From Mobula hypostoma (lineage: Eukaryota): DNA of 64,000 bases. Made by a program: the position numbers and the translations under genes. The notes below the pieces were generated by a model, which made no database searches, was not told where the DNA came from, and saw only the letters and a list, made by a program, of their open reading frames with translations. Location: the NCBI RefSeq assembly GCF_963921235.1, contig NC_086120.1, positions 34,100,001 through 34,164,000 on the forward strand, in the 5' to 3' direction. Positions 63,871 to 64,000 of this stretch are shown in pieces (position 1 is the first letter of the stretch; every line of letters starts with the position of its first letter).

Positions 63871-64000
63871 TTTTTCCCCGAATCTTCCCCCCCCCAAACT
63901 CTTCTCTAGAAAGGTTTGCACCCCGTAGTACTTTAAAAGCAAAGAAATTCACTCAAAGCTCCCGGCAACAGTGTGAAAGGCTGTGTTGATGATCTTGATT

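Overview
Repeat-rich vertebrate genomic DNA. The repeat set (CR1, Rex1/Babar, V-SINE and Penelope families) suggests a cartilaginous fish, probably a ray; this is an inference. Almost all ORFs in the supplied track are repeat debris, and the real genes are spliced. (1) REEP6 lies on the - strand: ATG 60877, exons of 115/94/139/169 nt, a homolog of the rod-isoform exon 5 near 37.9 kb, a terminal coding exon at 28069-28029 and a long 3'UTR. (2) A second, strongly diverged but intact 5-exon REEP6-like tandem paralog lies directly downstream on the same strand (ATG 25370, stop 6958, 174 aa). It lacks REEP6 exon 1 and has a remodelled C-terminal helix region. (3) The first coding exon of a furin-like proprotein convertase (PCSK4 by synteny) lies head-to-head with REEP6 at 63475-63639 (+). 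(4) A CpG-island promoter and first exon of an unidentified - strand gene sits near 2.7 kb, behind a 40/43-bp tandem array. About 14 Penelope-like retroelement fragments carry minimal type I hammerhead ribozyme motifs, mostly degenerate. The window also holds hAT, Tc1/mariner, solo-LTR, RTE and SINE insertions.
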